A stretch of DNA of 64,000 bases from Octopus sinensis (GCF_006345805.1 NC_043000.1:150660001-150724000), one strand, 5' to 3'. Positions 1 to 12,509 are shown, counted from the first letter of the stretch. The notes: a model not told the origin generated them from the letters alone. Made by a program: numbers and translations.

Positions 1-795
1 AACCCATGCCAACATGGAAAACAGACATTAAAAGGTGATGATGATTTAGGGTTCACACATTGAAGTTTGAAATTATGGAAATACTTTTGCAGCTGAGCAA
101 TGAAGAGTTTTTACTTTGGCTTTTTAAAGTTGATCCACAGCTGGTATCACAGCAGAAAGTATTTTTCAGCTAGCTGCATGATAGCTGATGCAATATAAAG
201 ATATCGTTTTAGCAGACATTATTTCTAACATCTTTAGGAATGCGGTGATCCTGGCCACTACCCTCACATTACTCAGCATCATGTGAGTGTTGCCATTGGT
301 CAGTAGGTGACTCTTTCACAGAAACTGCACATTCAGTATGTTGTTTTCCATAGTATTACCTGTAGTTCTTCGGCTCTTTGCTTTCCCAAAAAGTGACTTG
401 TATTTTGTTCTGGGAGTTTTATTTTCATAGTTACCATTAACCTGTATCTAGAAGCTCTTCCTCTGGTTGTCCCCTGGGAACCTTGCTATGTAGGAGTTCT
501 CTCTCTCTCTCTCTCTCTCTCTCTCCCAATCCTCACCCTGTATAACATCTGTCCTAATGATTGTGGAAGGCATGAACTTTCAGATAGGCCATGATAACAA
601 TAAAAAAATCATGTTTCACCATTTAACCAGTCACAATGATTGGCTCATTGGATTTCATCACTGAAAATAACCTTCTATGCCTAAATACCAATACTCATCA
701 GAAGGGATCCTATACGCACACAATTATTTCCGTGCTTTAATGGCTAAAATTAACAAGTTCTTAAATTAAAAGTGGAAAAATAGAAAGCTAAACTA

Positions 796-1118
796 CATCA
801 TCATCATCATCATCATCGTTTAGTGTCCGTTTCCGCGCTAGCACGAGTTGGACGGTTCAACTGGGGTCTGAGAAGCCAGGGGCTGCACCAGGCTCCAGTC
901 TGATCTGGCAGTGTTTCTACAGCTGGATGCCCTTCCTAACGCCAACCACTCCGCGAGTGTAGTGGGTGCTTTTTACGTGCCACCTGCACAGGTGGCAGGG
1001 GAGTCTGGCATCGGCCACAATCGTTTGGTGCTTTTAATGTGCCACCGGCATGGAAGCCAGCCAAGGCGGTGCTGGCAACGGCCACTTTCGGATGGTGCTT
1101 TTTATGTGCCACCGGCAC
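796..1118 (-). mobile_element. Family D: 5'-truncated RTE-clade LINE 3' UTR with (GAT)n tail
   Basis: (CAT)n-CGTTTAGTGTCCG...GGATGCCCTTCCTAACGCCAACCACTCC...GTGCTTTTTACGTGCCACC. The same sequence is contiguous with an RTE ORF end at 15577-16195 and 20908-21960. Confidence 0.75.
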
Positions 1119-1199
1119 AAAGAATATAATTCCGTTGAATGAATTAGTTCTGATCATTGTATACTGTCTACTAGAATTTGACCGAGTTCAGAAACCAGC

Positions 1200-2330
1200 A
1201 AACTGAAAACTTCAAAATGTCTTTCATGTGACAGGTATGTGTTTAATAACAAAATGATCTGTCAAAAATGCATTCATTGTTTTATTCAAACTCAGATTCA
1301 ATGCTTTGAACAATTCCCTGAATATACCATATTTTGCAATTTTGTCACTTCTCGTCAACAAGCAGTTAAAGGACGCCTTCCTACAAGGATTGAAATAAAG
1401 CATCAAGTCTCATGGGAGCTTGAAGCTATTATTGAGAAGTTCAATCAGTTGATAAGTGCCACTCATTGAAAGTCAATTAAATCGTTCACAACAATATTAC
1501 GAAATTCTTCAAAACATCTCAGCAAGGTGAAATTGGAATAACAGAATTATATTGAAAATAAAATAGATTCAACTGTGCATGTAGTAGTGAAGAAACACTC
1601 TTCTCTGATATGGCAAACTGTCATTGAAATAAGTTGTAGGAAAAATACAAACAATTCAAAACTAAAAGCCACAAGTCTTCAGGAATAACTAAATAAGTGG
1701 AAGGAACATTTGCATCACCTTCTCAGTAATTCCCAAGCAATTCCATATAGATTCATAGAAACTGCTACAAAACATGATCTTGACATTAAACTCGACAATT
1801 CCTCATCAGATGAACTCACTGAAACCCCCCAAAAAATAGAAAGGCAGCTGGTTTTTGATAATGTACCACCATAAATCTCAGTGACACCCTCCTTCAATAA
1901 TGTAATGGAGTATATCAGTGCTTTTCAAACTTTTTGCTGGAGCGGAACCCCAAGGAAACATTCCACTGGCTCGAGGAACCCCTGTGCAATAATTTAATAG
2001 TCTTATGCACACATATCTGCACAGGAGAATTTAAAATTACTGCCGATTTTAGCAGTTTTGTAACTTCTTGCGGAACCCCTGGACTGTACTGGCGGAACCC
2101 TAAGGTTCCGCAGAACCCTGGTTGAAAACCACTGGAGTATATAACCAAAACCCAATTGAGAAGTGGACTCATGGTTGCATTTCCCCTTTGTCCAAGAAAA
2201 CTAATTTAGATGTGGCTAAAAAGTCCAGTGGGTTTACGTCTACAGTGGTAGCAGTGAAAATCTAGAATTTATAACTGAACTACTACATATACCAAAAACT
2301 TGGGAAAGAAGATTTTACAAAGAAACCAAG
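1200..2330 (+). mobile_element. Old degenerate RTE-like LINE ORF2 fragment, interrupted by a hAT MITE
   Basis: Residual motifs KWKEHLHHLL, AAGFDNVPP, and (after the MITE) P..WTHGCI.PLSKK, typical of the RTE pre-RT/RT0 region; many stops and frameshifts. Confidence 0.5.
1916..2134. mobile_element. hAT-superfamily MITE (219 bp)
   Basis: TIRs CAGTGCTTTTCAA / TTGAAAACCACTG; 8-bp TSD GAGTATAT at 1908-1915 and 2135-2142. Confidence 0.88.
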
Positions 2331-2399
2331 AATTATGATGGTATAAGAGTAAGCATCTCTGATGTTTTAAAAAAGATGGATGTAAAAGGTTTCACAGAC

Positions 2400-2960
2400 C
2401 TCCTTCACTAGCCTTTTGTCCATCCCTGTAAAACATCTTCAGTGCCATCTCACTCCTGCATCTCTTCAGATGTTTCCTTCACAGCAGCTTCTTATGTCTG
2501 TAGCTCTTGAAGTCTATTTCTAGATGTTGTCTAATCGCCTTGCAGAAAATGTAACACCTAAAGTGATCGTTCATGCTCCTTTTTACAGTTTTCCTTTTCT
2601 CCAGTATCTTCCTTGTTTCCTCTGAGATGTTTGCATTTGATTCCTGTGTGTTTACAATTCTTGATTTTCATGTGCAGCTTTGAATTTTCTGGATCAGTGA
2701 ATCTTAGTTTTCAGTTATTTCTTCAAGCTAACTCCAGGTTTCCTTCCTAATAGCATCCTACAACTGTTATATGTTGTAAAATTTGATGTAGTGGTTCTTC
2801 GGCAAGTTCTGCTCTGCCTTCCTCTCTAATTTGAATAACAACAATCTTTGCCTGTAGCAAGTGATAGTTATTGCTGGTGTTGACATGCAACAATGACATC
2901 CTGCAGTATGTGTCATTTACTGATTAGGTTGTAGTTGATCTCATTTTGGTCCTGAGTACT
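2400..2960 (-). mobile_element. Degenerate RTE-like LINE fragment (endonuclease-RT linker)
   Basis: Minus-strand translation includes NANISEETRKILEKRK; heavily decayed. Confidence 0.4.
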
Positions 2961-3056
2961 TAGGGTTTCTCTAGGTCCATTTATTTCCCCAATCTTTTCC
3001 ATAACAGGCTGTTCCTGGTGACTAAACATTCTCTCTTATTTCTTTCAGTCACAAGT

Positions 3057-3289
3057 TTGCCAGCTTCGGGCCGTTTGCCAGCTCCGTCTGGCTCCTGTGC
3101 GGGTGGCACGTAAAAAGCACCCACTACACTCGCGGAGTGGTTGGCGTTAGGAAGGGCATCCAGCCGTAGAAACACTGCCAGATCAGACTGGGCCTGATGC
3201 AGCCTTCTGGCTTCACAGACCCCAGTTGAACTGTCCAACCCATGCTAGCATGGAAAGCGGACGCTAAATGATGATGATGATGATGATGA
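3057..3289 (+). mobile_element. Family D RTE 3' end
   Basis: GGTGGCACGTAAAAAGCACC...GGCGTTAGGAAGGGCATCCAGCCGTAG...(GAT)n tail. Confidence 0.75.
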
Positions 3290-3372
3290 CAAGTATATTT
3301 ATTAAATAACCTAAGCCTATAGGTCCACTTACCCTCATGATTCCTGTTTTCATTATCATTCTCTAAATATAA

Positions 3373-3598
3373 GGCAGAATTGAGCTGGCAGAATTGGTAG
3401 CATGCCAGACAAAATGCTTAGAGGCATTTCATCTGTCTTCAACTCTACATTCTGAGTTCAAATTCTTTTGAGGTCAACTTTGCCTTTCATCCTTTTGGGG
3501 TGGATAAAATAAGTACCAATTAAGCACTGGGGTTGATGTAATTGACTTCTTCCTTCCCTCAAAAGCTGCTGGCCTCATGCCAAATTTGAAACCATTGT
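3373..3598 (+). mobile_element. Family C tRNA-derived SINE (degenerate)
   Basis: GAGCTGGCAGAAT head, GAGTTCAAAT B box, and the shared body TTTGCCTTTCATCCTTT...ATAAGTACCA. Confidence 0.7.
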
Positions 3599-4035
3599 TG
3601 TTTTCTAAATTAGAGAAGTGGATGATAGAATTGATAGAACTTTGGGCTAAATACTCCTTGGTATTTAATTACCACATGATAGTTTATGTTCAGATGCTTC
3701 AAGAATTGATAAAATAAATATCAGTTAGTTGCTAAGGTTGATTTAATCACATAATTTTGTAATGCAATATACAATAAAAATCTCCCCTTTTCCCGTCAAC
3801 CAAAGAATCAGGGGAAGGCTTTCATTGCCTTTCATTTTGTGGAGGTTGATAAAATATCAAGTACTGGGGGTCACTATAATTGACCATTTATGGCCATGTG
3901 CTTGTGTTGAATATCATAAAAATTATCATTCTCTAAAGAAAACAAAATATAACAAGGAATACTGAGTTGTGTAGAATGGACAAATAAATTAAATGCAGAG
4001 CAGGGCAATATGACTGATGTTAGAAATTCTCTGTA

Positions 4036-4435
4036 CTTCTTTCTTTCTCTTTACTCTTTTACTTGTTTCAGTCATTTGACTGCGGCCATGTGGAGCACCG
4101 CCTTTAATCGAGCAACTCGATCCCGAGACTTATTCTTTGTAAGCCCAGTACTTATTCTATCGGTCTCTTTTGCCGAACCGCTAAGTAACGGGGACATAAA
4201 CACACCAGCATCGGTTGTGAAGCGATGCTAGGGGGACAAACACACACACACACACATATATATATACATATATACGACGGGCTTCTTTCAGTTTCCGTCT
4301 ACCAAATCCACTCACAAGGCTTTGGTCGGCCCGAGGCTATAGTAGAAGACACTTACCCAAGGTGCCACGCAGTGGGACTGAACTCGGAACCATGTGGTTG
4401 GTAAATAAGCTACTTACCACACAGCCACTCCTGCA
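4036..4435 (-). mobile_element. Family A tRNA-derived SINE with internal (TA)n(TG)n
   Basis: Reverse complement of GGAGTGGCTGTGTGGTAAG...GGTTCAGTCCC (A and B boxes) ...GACTGAAACAAGTAAAAGAG; more than 12 copies in the window. Confidence 0.85.
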
Positions 4436-4839
4436 CTATCTTCATTTTTCCTTTGTATCAAATCGCAAGGTGTTTTAAATGTGTTGGTTTTGATAAATGC
4501 TTCATGACTGGATAATCGTCATAATATTAGACACAATTGAAACTGGATAGTGGTGTTTATTGTAGATCTTACATTAGAGAGATCATTCTTTCAGACTCAG
4601 AGCTGTCTGTACATTTTATATAAGAGACTGTTAAATGGTGTTGATTTATCTTCAAATGTAGCTATTTTTCTATGATGTGTGCTTTCTTGAATTTAAGAAA
4701 GGAGAGTCAGTGACACTCCTTTGTCAATGTTTTATGGCAGAAGTGGCATTACATTAGAGACTATCAACAATTTCAGATAGCATGGGAGATATAGTGGTTT
4801 TATAGATTTTACTTGCTCTATGACGTAGATTTGCTTTTA

Positions 4840-4872
<33 letters not shown>

Positions 4873-4935
4873 GAGTCATACGCTAGTATGAACCAGTAAA
4901 AAAATATAGAGAAAATGATACTTTTGTGCTATATA

Positions 4936-5101
4936 GGCGCAGGAGTGGCTGTGTGGTAAGTAGCTTGTTTACCAACCACATCATTCCAGGTTCAGTCCCA
5001 CTGCGTGGCACCTTGGGCAAGTGTTTTCTACTATAGCCTCGGGCCGACCAAAGCCTTGTGAGTGGATTTGGTAGACGGAAACTGAAAGAAGCCCGTCGTA
5101 T

Positions 5102-5156
<55 letters not shown>

Positions 5157-5400
5157 ATATATATAAGTGTGTGTGTATATGTTTGTGTGTCTGTGTTTGT
5201 CCCCCTAGCATTGCTTGACAACCGATGCTGGTGTGTTTATGTCCCCATCACTTAGCGGTTCGGCAAAAGAGACCGATAGAATAAGTACTGGGCTTACAAA
5301 GAATAAGTCCCGGGGTCGAGTTGCTCGACTAAAGGCGGTGCTCCAGCATGGCTGCAGTCAAATGACTGAAACAAGTAAAAGAGTAAAAGAGTAAAAGAGT
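4936..5400 (+). mobile_element. Family A SINE
   Basis: Full head, body and (GAGTAAAA)n tail; head-to-head with 4036-4435. Confidence 0.87.
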
Positions 5401-5664
5401 ATAGCATTAGATAACAAAGCTGAGAGGAATGATGATGAGGATGACTTTTTTTCATATGGGCTAAGATATGAGTAGCGAGGAGGGGGGGCAGGAAACCAGC
5501 TTGTTTTATGCCAGCAGAACAATATTGGTGGAAATGAAATATAAAAAATGTAAAGCACAATCTACAGGATGTTAGAATTTTCATTTTAACTAAAGGAATT
5601 ATTGATGTGACAAAAATTGGCAGGCAGTAGTTAAAGTGTTCAACAGTTTGAGTGCTATAATGTG

Positions 5665-5719
<55 letters not shown>

Positions 5720-6253
5720 TTGTATGTGTATGTGTGTGTGTGTTGAAATCATGCTATGATATTAAGATAGATTTAATGAATTCAAGAACAATTATGTTGG
5801 TGGTAATGACTCATAGCCAATTGGTGATATATATATATAAAAATATGGAAAATAAAAGACAAACAATAAATTACTTTGAAATGGTCTTTGGGTAAGTGTA
5901 TGCACATACACATGCATATAGTAGAATAATGAAGAGAAAGTTCTTGGTAGAGTATTACATATATCTGAAAGAATGAGTAGAAATGACTTTTTTGAGGGGA
6001 TAATTTTTATTTTAATCTTAATAAAAATTATCCCCTCAAAAAGGCCATCTCTACTCATTCTTTCATATATGTATATATATGTATATATACGTATGTGAAT
6101 TGACAAAAGTGTAGAGTGTGGAGTGAAAGCTTTTGAGGTGGCCAGAATGACATCCACACACCTACACATACATGCACATGTTAAGGTCACCAGCCCTCTT
6201 CCACATGCACATTCTTTCTTATACACACGCATGCACATCTTCATTTTGGGATC

Positions 6254-6492
6254 ACCAGTACTTTATTATCTCCCCTTCTTCCTAGCACTCCTGTGTGATC
6301 CCACTGTCCAGCAATCACCATGATAGATCGCTAGCAATTACACATTCTTTATTTTTCTTTCTGTGTTCCTTTTTGTGGAAGAGCTTAGGCTTGAAATGTT
6401 ATAGACATTTTCACTTCCCAAGCGTTAAACTAATACATCTGTTTTTGTCTACACTACCTGTCTTCATCTTTTATTTTTTTGTGAATTCTCCC

Positions 6493-6495
<3 letters not shown>
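6254..6495 (+). mobile_element. Degenerate Penelope-type pLTR element (hammerhead family 2)
   Basis: Homologous to 10715-10880 and 49750-50470; hammerhead core decayed (TTGTGGAAGAGCTTAGGCTTGAAATG). Confidence 0.5.
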
Positions 6496-6577
<82 letters not shown>

Positions 6578-6639
6578 ATATATGTATGTATGCATGTATA
6601 TGTATGTGAGATAATAGTTTCACTTTAAGAGTTTTAGTA

Positions 6640-6900
6640 TTAATAGTGAAACTATGAAACTAAAAGTATCTCACGTTGCAATAGAGATGTTGTTTCACTT
6701 TTGACACATAATACTGAAATAGTGTAAGAGATAAGAGATTGCTCTGGGCTCGCATTGGGCAAGAAGTTGAAAATTTTTTGGGCCCATGACACTGCATGTA
6801 CCCTAAGTAAGGCATGTGTAAAATTTGAATGAAATTGGTTGTACAGTTCTCGAGTTTTAGGGATTCGCACAGACAGACAGACACTCTAGTCCTGTGGCAA
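6640..6900. mobile_element. Possible Helentron/DINE-like non-autonomous remnant
   Basis: AAATTTGAATGAAATTGG...AGTTCTCGAG...ACAGACAGACAC arrangement resembles DINE/HINE cores; termini not resolved. Confidence 0.3.
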
Positions 6901-7603
6901 ACAAAGTTTTGTGAGTTGATTTGGTAGATGAAAACTGAAAGAAACCTATTGTGTGTGTGTGTGTGTGTGTGCATATGTGTATTTGTTTGTGTGCATGTGT
7001 GTGTGTATGTATGTGTGTGTGTGTGTGCATGCTTGTCTGTGTAAATTTGTATTTTACTCACCTGGTTGTAGACAATGACTGCTAACAATGTATTTTTGTA
7101 GTCCATTGTGAAACCATGTCTGGGTTCGTTGATGCGTGTTGATATGTTGCATGATCTTTGTAAACAAAAAGCTTGTTCTTACAATGGTGTTTGCATTCAG
7201 TTCTCCATGTAAACACAACCAAGCTGTTTACTGGGAAATTTTTAGGGGTTGGTGATAGGAAAAGGCACCTAGTCATAGAATACTCTGTCCCAACATACCT
7301 TTATCTAAAGGTATGCAAACATGGAAAAGTTGATATTAAAATGACAATGATGATGATGCAATCGTGATACATTTCATTGAATGGCTTTTCATGGTTATTG
7401 TTAAGTCAAAGACCAACTTGTCCTTCATGCTTACTCATTTGCCAGCATGGGTATTTACACTTGTGTGTTTGTGTGTTGTGTGTTGTGTGTGTGTGTGTGT
7501 GTGTGTGAATACACTAAATATTTCAAACCCTTTGTAAGGTTAGGTAGATAATCCACATGGGTTTTTTCCTTCTTTTTTTTGTTTTTTAATTTAGAAACTG
7601 TGA

Positions 7604-7819
7604 CAAAGGAGTGCTGGAAAGTCCCTGGCTTTAAGAGTATCGCAAAAGGCCCAGATGGAGGCCCAACCTTCTGGGTTCTTTTACAGGGCTTAGAAAAACT
7701 GAAGGACCAATGTTATACGTGTGTGAATCTGAGAGGGGAATATGTTGAATAAAATCATAATTGACTGATCCTCCTGTATTTTCATTTAGTCAAAGCCAGG
7801 AGCTTTTCAGCACCCCTTT
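7604..7819 (+). mobile_element. Mariner internal-deletion derivative
   Basis: TIRs GGAGTGCTGGAAAGTCCCTGGCTTT / AAAGCCAGGAGCTTTTCAGCACCCC; internal LQGLEKLKDQCYTCVNLRGEYVE* resembles the mariner transposase C-terminus. Confidence 0.75.
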
Positions 7820-8054
7820 ATAACTTATTTTATGACTATATATGATTGGTATCATTGGTGAAGGGAAATTTTCTTGACCCTTGAGTCTCAAGAATTGTTT
7901 TACTGGAAACGAATATTTGTTGGCATATAATGTTAGGTATTTTGTATTAAATAATATCAGTATGGCTGATTTAAGTTTCATGTCCATAATGGCATTTAGA
8001 TAACAGTAGGCGACTATTGTTATCATTAGGCCTAACTCATCATAAACCAAGTAT

Positions 8055-8340
8055 CACCATGAATAATATCCAAACTACAGTGGAAAAGGCAAGCCACTGG
8101 ATTTGGTTAAAAAGAGATTAGCGATGGCTAGGAGAATATTGAGCGAAAGCTGATAACAGTAGATTTAGCAAGCAAGGCCTCATTTCAGTGAACGGGGCCG
8201 GTGCGCTATGATGCTGTTGAGAGATATGCCCTGAAATGGCATGCATTCTCTCCTGATGACCTCATAAACTTGCTAGTAGTATCTGATATGCTGAGCTTTC
8301 CGTTGGTAGCGCTTGCATCTGCAAGTTGTTTGCAAAAAAT
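8055..8340 (+). mobile_element. HERO-like (RLE-clade) non-LTR retrotransposon 3' end
   Basis: NNIQTTVEKASHWIWLKRD* (8062-8121) is the C-terminal KAS-W-WLKR motif, followed by a putative 3' UTR. Confidence 0.55.
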
Positions 8341-8352
8341 CTAAACTGTTAA

Positions 8353-8659
8353 TCTTTATATATAAAATTGAAGTTGTGTGTGTGAGACTCTGTCTGCTCC
8401 GATTTAGATTCCTAACTACTCCCACATTTTGCGTTGCAGTTTAACCAAAAGTGGGTATCTTATAGTCGTCATTCATATCGAGCCCTTCTGGGTATTAGTG
8501 CACGTCAACGATGAATCTACGATTTAAAAAAAAATTTACCATCATTTTTCCGCATTTTTAATGATTTTTGCTCGGGTTATACATGGGAAGTAACTCTCTA
8601 AAAATGCTTATATAGTTATTTTCCTTACAAACCTGAGCAACGCCGGGCGATACTGCTAG
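8353..8659 (+). mobile_element. Non-autonomous Helitron
   Basis: A|TC 5' start, subterminal GC hairpin (CCTGAGCAACGCCGGG), CTAG|T 3' end, no TSD; second copy at 61811-62172. Confidence 0.85.
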
Positions 8660-8702
8660 TTAATTATATATGAAAAATTGTTTTTTTTTCTTTCTTTTTA
8701 AG

Positions 8703-8802
8703 TGCCTGTACAAGTAATCATGAAATACTTCTCGGTGTATTATGGGAAGCAGTTGTACACAAATTAGCTTTAGTCCGTGTTGCTGCTGCTCGACTGTTTG
8801 AG
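8703..8802 (+). CDS. RELCH: RELCH/KIAA1468 internal coding exon (HEAT region), 100 bp
   Basis: Polypyrimidine tract then AG (8701-8702); donor GTGAGT at 8803. One base plus 33 codons, ACTSNHEILLGVLWEAVVHKLALVRVAAARLFE, matching remembered human RELCH ANPAYHELLLTVLWYGVVHTSALVRCTAARMFE. Confidence 0.92.
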
Positions 8803-9263
8803 GTGAGTGATTTTTATTATTTGACAATTAGCAATTTGGGAATTATTACACTTTTTATGTATGTTTTTAAAAGTCATTCTAGAGCAGAATGGCTTTGTTT
8901 TTCTGTTTGAACATTAATATTTATAGAATGATTGATTGTAAAATAATTGACTTTGCTTTGATTTTGATAAACTCCTCACTTCATGTTGTCTCATGTGACT
9001 GATATTTTGTTTTCAAGTTTATCAAAACTGAATGTTAAACATAATATGCATTTAGAACATAAATGAGTGTTTCAGGTAGAAAAAATGACACTGAAGTTAA
9101 TATCCTGTCATTGTTTTGCCTTTAGACAGCCATGATCAAACGGAACTATGATCAAAGACATTCCACTTGTGAACATCCCGTCTTTTATTTCAGATATGGT
9201 GTATCCAGCACTACATTACCTAATGTGTACTTTCCAGTTTTAAAAGAGAGTATTGTTTTACAG

Positions 9264-9659
9264 TTTTACTTGTTTCAGTCATTTGACTGCGGCCATGCTG
9301 GAGCACCGTCTTTAGTCGAGCAAATCGACCCCGGGACTTATTCTTTGTAAGCCCAGTACTTATTCTATCGGTTTCTTTTGCCGAACCGCTAAGTGACGGG
9401 CACGTAAACACACCAGCATCGGTTGTCAAGCAATGCTAGGGGGACAAACACAGACACACAAACATATACACACACACTTATATATATATACATATATACA
9501 ACAGGCTTCTTTCAGTTTCCGTCTACCAAATCCACTCACAAAGCATTGGTCGACCCGGGGCTATAGCAGAAGACACTTGCCCAAGGTGCCACGCAGTGAG
9601 ACTGAACCCGGAACCATGTGGTTGGTTAGCAAGCTACTTACCACACAGCCACTCCTGCA
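9264..9659 (-). mobile_element. Family A SINE
   Basis: Full-length reverse copy. Confidence 0.85.
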
Positions 9660-9689
9660 TTATATTTTAGAGTTATGGCTGCTATTTCT

Positions 9690-10155
9690 TGCAGGTTATT
9701 TGATGTATGTGTGGCTGTCTGATAAGAAGTTTGCTTCCCAGGCATATGGTTTAGGGTTCAGTTGTGTTGTGTGTGTGTGTGTTGATTTTGCATGACAGTT
9801 GCAAACAGCTGTCACCATCATGCAAGCAGTGTCCATTTCCAATCTTCCATGAAAACATGTCTGGTGATAGTGAAATATAACATCATCATCATCATCATCG
9901 TTTAACGTCCGTTCTCCATGCTAGCATGGGTTGGACGGTTCGACCGGGGATCTGGGAAGCCAGAAGGCTGCACCAGGCTCCAGTCTGACCTGGCTGTGTT
10001 TCTACAGCTGGATGCCCTTCCTAACGACAATGCGTTATTTGGAAACAGATAAGAGTTGGTGACAGGAAGGACATCCAGGTGTAGAAAATTCTTTCTTAAG
10101 TACTGTCTGGCCTATGTAAGCATGGAAAAGTGGGACATTAAAACAATGATGATAA
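9690..10155 (+). mobile_element. Old A-head SINE with RTE-like tail, interrupted by a family D copy (9881-10028, minus)
   Basis: Head GTGTGGCTGTCTGATAAG...GGTTCAG; tail GACAGGAAGGACATCC...CATGGAAAAGTGGGACATTAAA; split by a (CAT)n-led family D fragment. Confidence 0.5.
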
Positions 10156-10506
10156 TAACAGAATTTCCTCCTTTGGCTTGTTTATCGATTATTGAGTTAA
10201 AGATGAAGTAGAAAAATGGGGTGAATTGGTGAGTGCAACATAACATGATTGTCATAGTTTTAGAAAAGCTCTTATATTATTTGTACTTGTATAATGTCTT
10301 TAAACATATTTTGTAAATTAAATCATTGGAGTAAAGTGTTGCTACGATAGTTTCACATAGTGTATTTATTCATAGTTTGGAACTTGGAAACGACGCTTTT
10401 GTTTTCTTCATTCATCTATTCTTTATAAATTTAGATAATTACTTTATAACAAAAATGTGTGCAAATGAATGAATGCTGGGAAAGTAGCACACTTGAATAA
10501 TGCGTT

Positions 10507-10567
<61 letters not shown>

Positions 10568-10714
10568 ATGTTGTATATATATATATGTTGTACATTATAA
10601 AAAAACAAGGAGAGAAAAAAACATATATATATATATATATATATATATCATCATCATCATCATCGAACGGACGTTAAATGATGATGATGATGATATATAT
10701 ATATATGTTTTTTT

Positions 10715-10880
10715 CTCTCCTTGTTTCTTTTCTGTGTATCTTTCTGTCGAAGAGTGTAGGCTCGAAACGTAAAAGACTTTTTCTATTTCTATTCCTGAGC
10801 GCTATACTAATACATTTGTTTGTTTGTACTCCACCTGCCTTCGTCTTTTGTTTATTTTCGTATACTTTCCCTTTATATAT
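10715..10880 (+). mobile_element. Penelope-type pLTR element carrying a hammerhead-like motif (family 2)
   Basis: TCTTT-CTGTCGA-A-GAGT GTAG GCTC-GAAAC-GTA-AAAGA (10739-10776): 5-bp stem I, 4-bp stem II, palindromic ACGT stem III. Confidence 0.65.
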
Positions 10881-11499
10881 ATATAAATAGATGAGGGTAT
10901 TTTTCCGTTGTTAACAATTAACACGGAAAAAATAGATAAATAGTTACCAGGGTAGTAAAAAATCACACAAGTAAAGAGGTTGTAACTCCTTGTTTTTAAA
11001 GGTAGAAACTTCGGGTTTACGTGGAATTTTTTGTATAATATATAAATAAATAAATGTAGTTTAACACAGGTATAATTTAAATACTTTTACTTCTGACACA
11101 TGTTTTGAAGATATCACTGATATTATTCCAATGGAATAAATGGTGTAAAACAATGTAATCTTCTCTTAAGGGAAGTGAAGAAATGAAACTCATCAATAAG
11201 ACATTTTAACAGAAAATGATGGATATGTATAGGGATTTACTGAATGCTGTTAATACTGTTTGAAAAAACGTTATATGATATAATGTCAGAGGTAGCCTAT
11301 AAAAAGAGGAGGGATATTTTTTTGGTGAGTGTTAAATATAAAAAGAAAATTAATGTTTAAATTATATATAATGATAGAGATTACTTATATGAACTAAAGG
11401 TGTGTTTTTGCCAATGTTTACATCGGTATGCACGCTCTATAACCGTGTTTGCTAGGGGATTTTTAGAAAAAATAATTAAAAATAGTTCAGAATTATTTC

Positions 11500-11770
11500 A
11501 AAAATAGTTATGCCTATAATAATTGGTGCATTGGGAACTGTAAGCAAGGATATAGTCAAATGGTTGATGGTGATTGGAATAGAATGCCCTGTAGAGCTTC
11601 TACAGGACGTTTGCTTTTTAGGGACAGGAAAGATTATCAGAAAGGTTTTGAGCCCTTGAAAGATTATTGAAAGGTTGTGGATATCTACTACAGTCACAAG
11701 TAGTAACATAACTCATATAAATTCTATCAGGAATAAGAACAAACCTGAGCCAAATCAAATAATAACTAGC
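11500..11770 (+). mobile_element. R4/Dong-like (RLE-clade) retrotransposon 3' end
   Basis: VMPIIIGALGTVSKDIVKWLMVIGIECPVELLQDVCFLGTGKIIRKVLSP* matches the remembered P-IIGALG...LQ-A-LLGT-RI-RKVL C-terminal motif. Confidence 0.6.
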
Positions 11771-11814
11771 AGTATCTGTGGAAATTCCTTGGTAAATACA
11801 TTTTTGAGATATTT

Positions 11815-11948
11815 GGAGCATCCAGCTGTAGAAACTCTGCCAGATCAGATTGGAGCCTTGTGCAGCCATCTAGTTTGCCTGTTCTCAGTCAAATCGTCCA
11901 ACCCATGCTAGCATGGAAAGTGGATGTTAAAGGATGATGATGGTGATG
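11815..11948 (+). mobile_element. Family D RTE 3' end (short)
   Basis: GCATCCAGCTGTAGAAAC...CCATGCTAGCATGG...GATGATG. Confidence 0.7.
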
Positions 11949-12509
11949 GAAGTTTATACAGAACCATAAAAATTAGTGATTCTTTTGAAATTGTATGTTC
12001 TGCACTATTTTCATTAAAAATAAAAAAATAAAAACCTTTTGGTTTTTCTGGATAAAGTTGTAATTGAGGGAGCACAACTTTGCCAATCTGGCAGGAGTTC
12101 AGAGTTTCATTTTATAAATTCAAGGGCTTCACAATGATTACAGAGAATGCAGATTTTTTTGATGGTCTCTCTCATTTTCATTTTCTATTCTGTTTTAAAC
12201 ATGTTCTCTTATCTGTTGTAAATTCTCTTTTATTCATATTTCCCCTTCTCCTATGCTTGCTGTAGTGAGTGATACAACCCTCGGCTTCTCTTTATGTCGT
12301 TACCTATCCTATCTCATTCTGTCTCTCGTTAGTCGAAGTCATCTGTCATCCATATTTTATAAACAAATATCAATTTTCAAGTGAGCCGACAATAAACGAT
12401 TGCAGTTATGTGCATGTGTTTTAAATGATGGGTAATATAAAAAAATTTAGTTCAATAAAAATGAAATTACACTTTTCATTATCCACTCACCACTGTCACC
12501 ACCACCAGC

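Noticed and set aside
1-8702. Preceding RELCH exon (human EEDRKLL...FVELG)
   Set aside because: Not found by eye; presumed to lie upstream of the window.
9433-9795. Recurrent ORFs such as MLGGQTQTH.., MSSNARGTN.., MFLQLDALPNANH..
   Set aside because: Chance reading frames through SINE family A and RTE-UTR family D or microsatellites; no splice context or protein homology.
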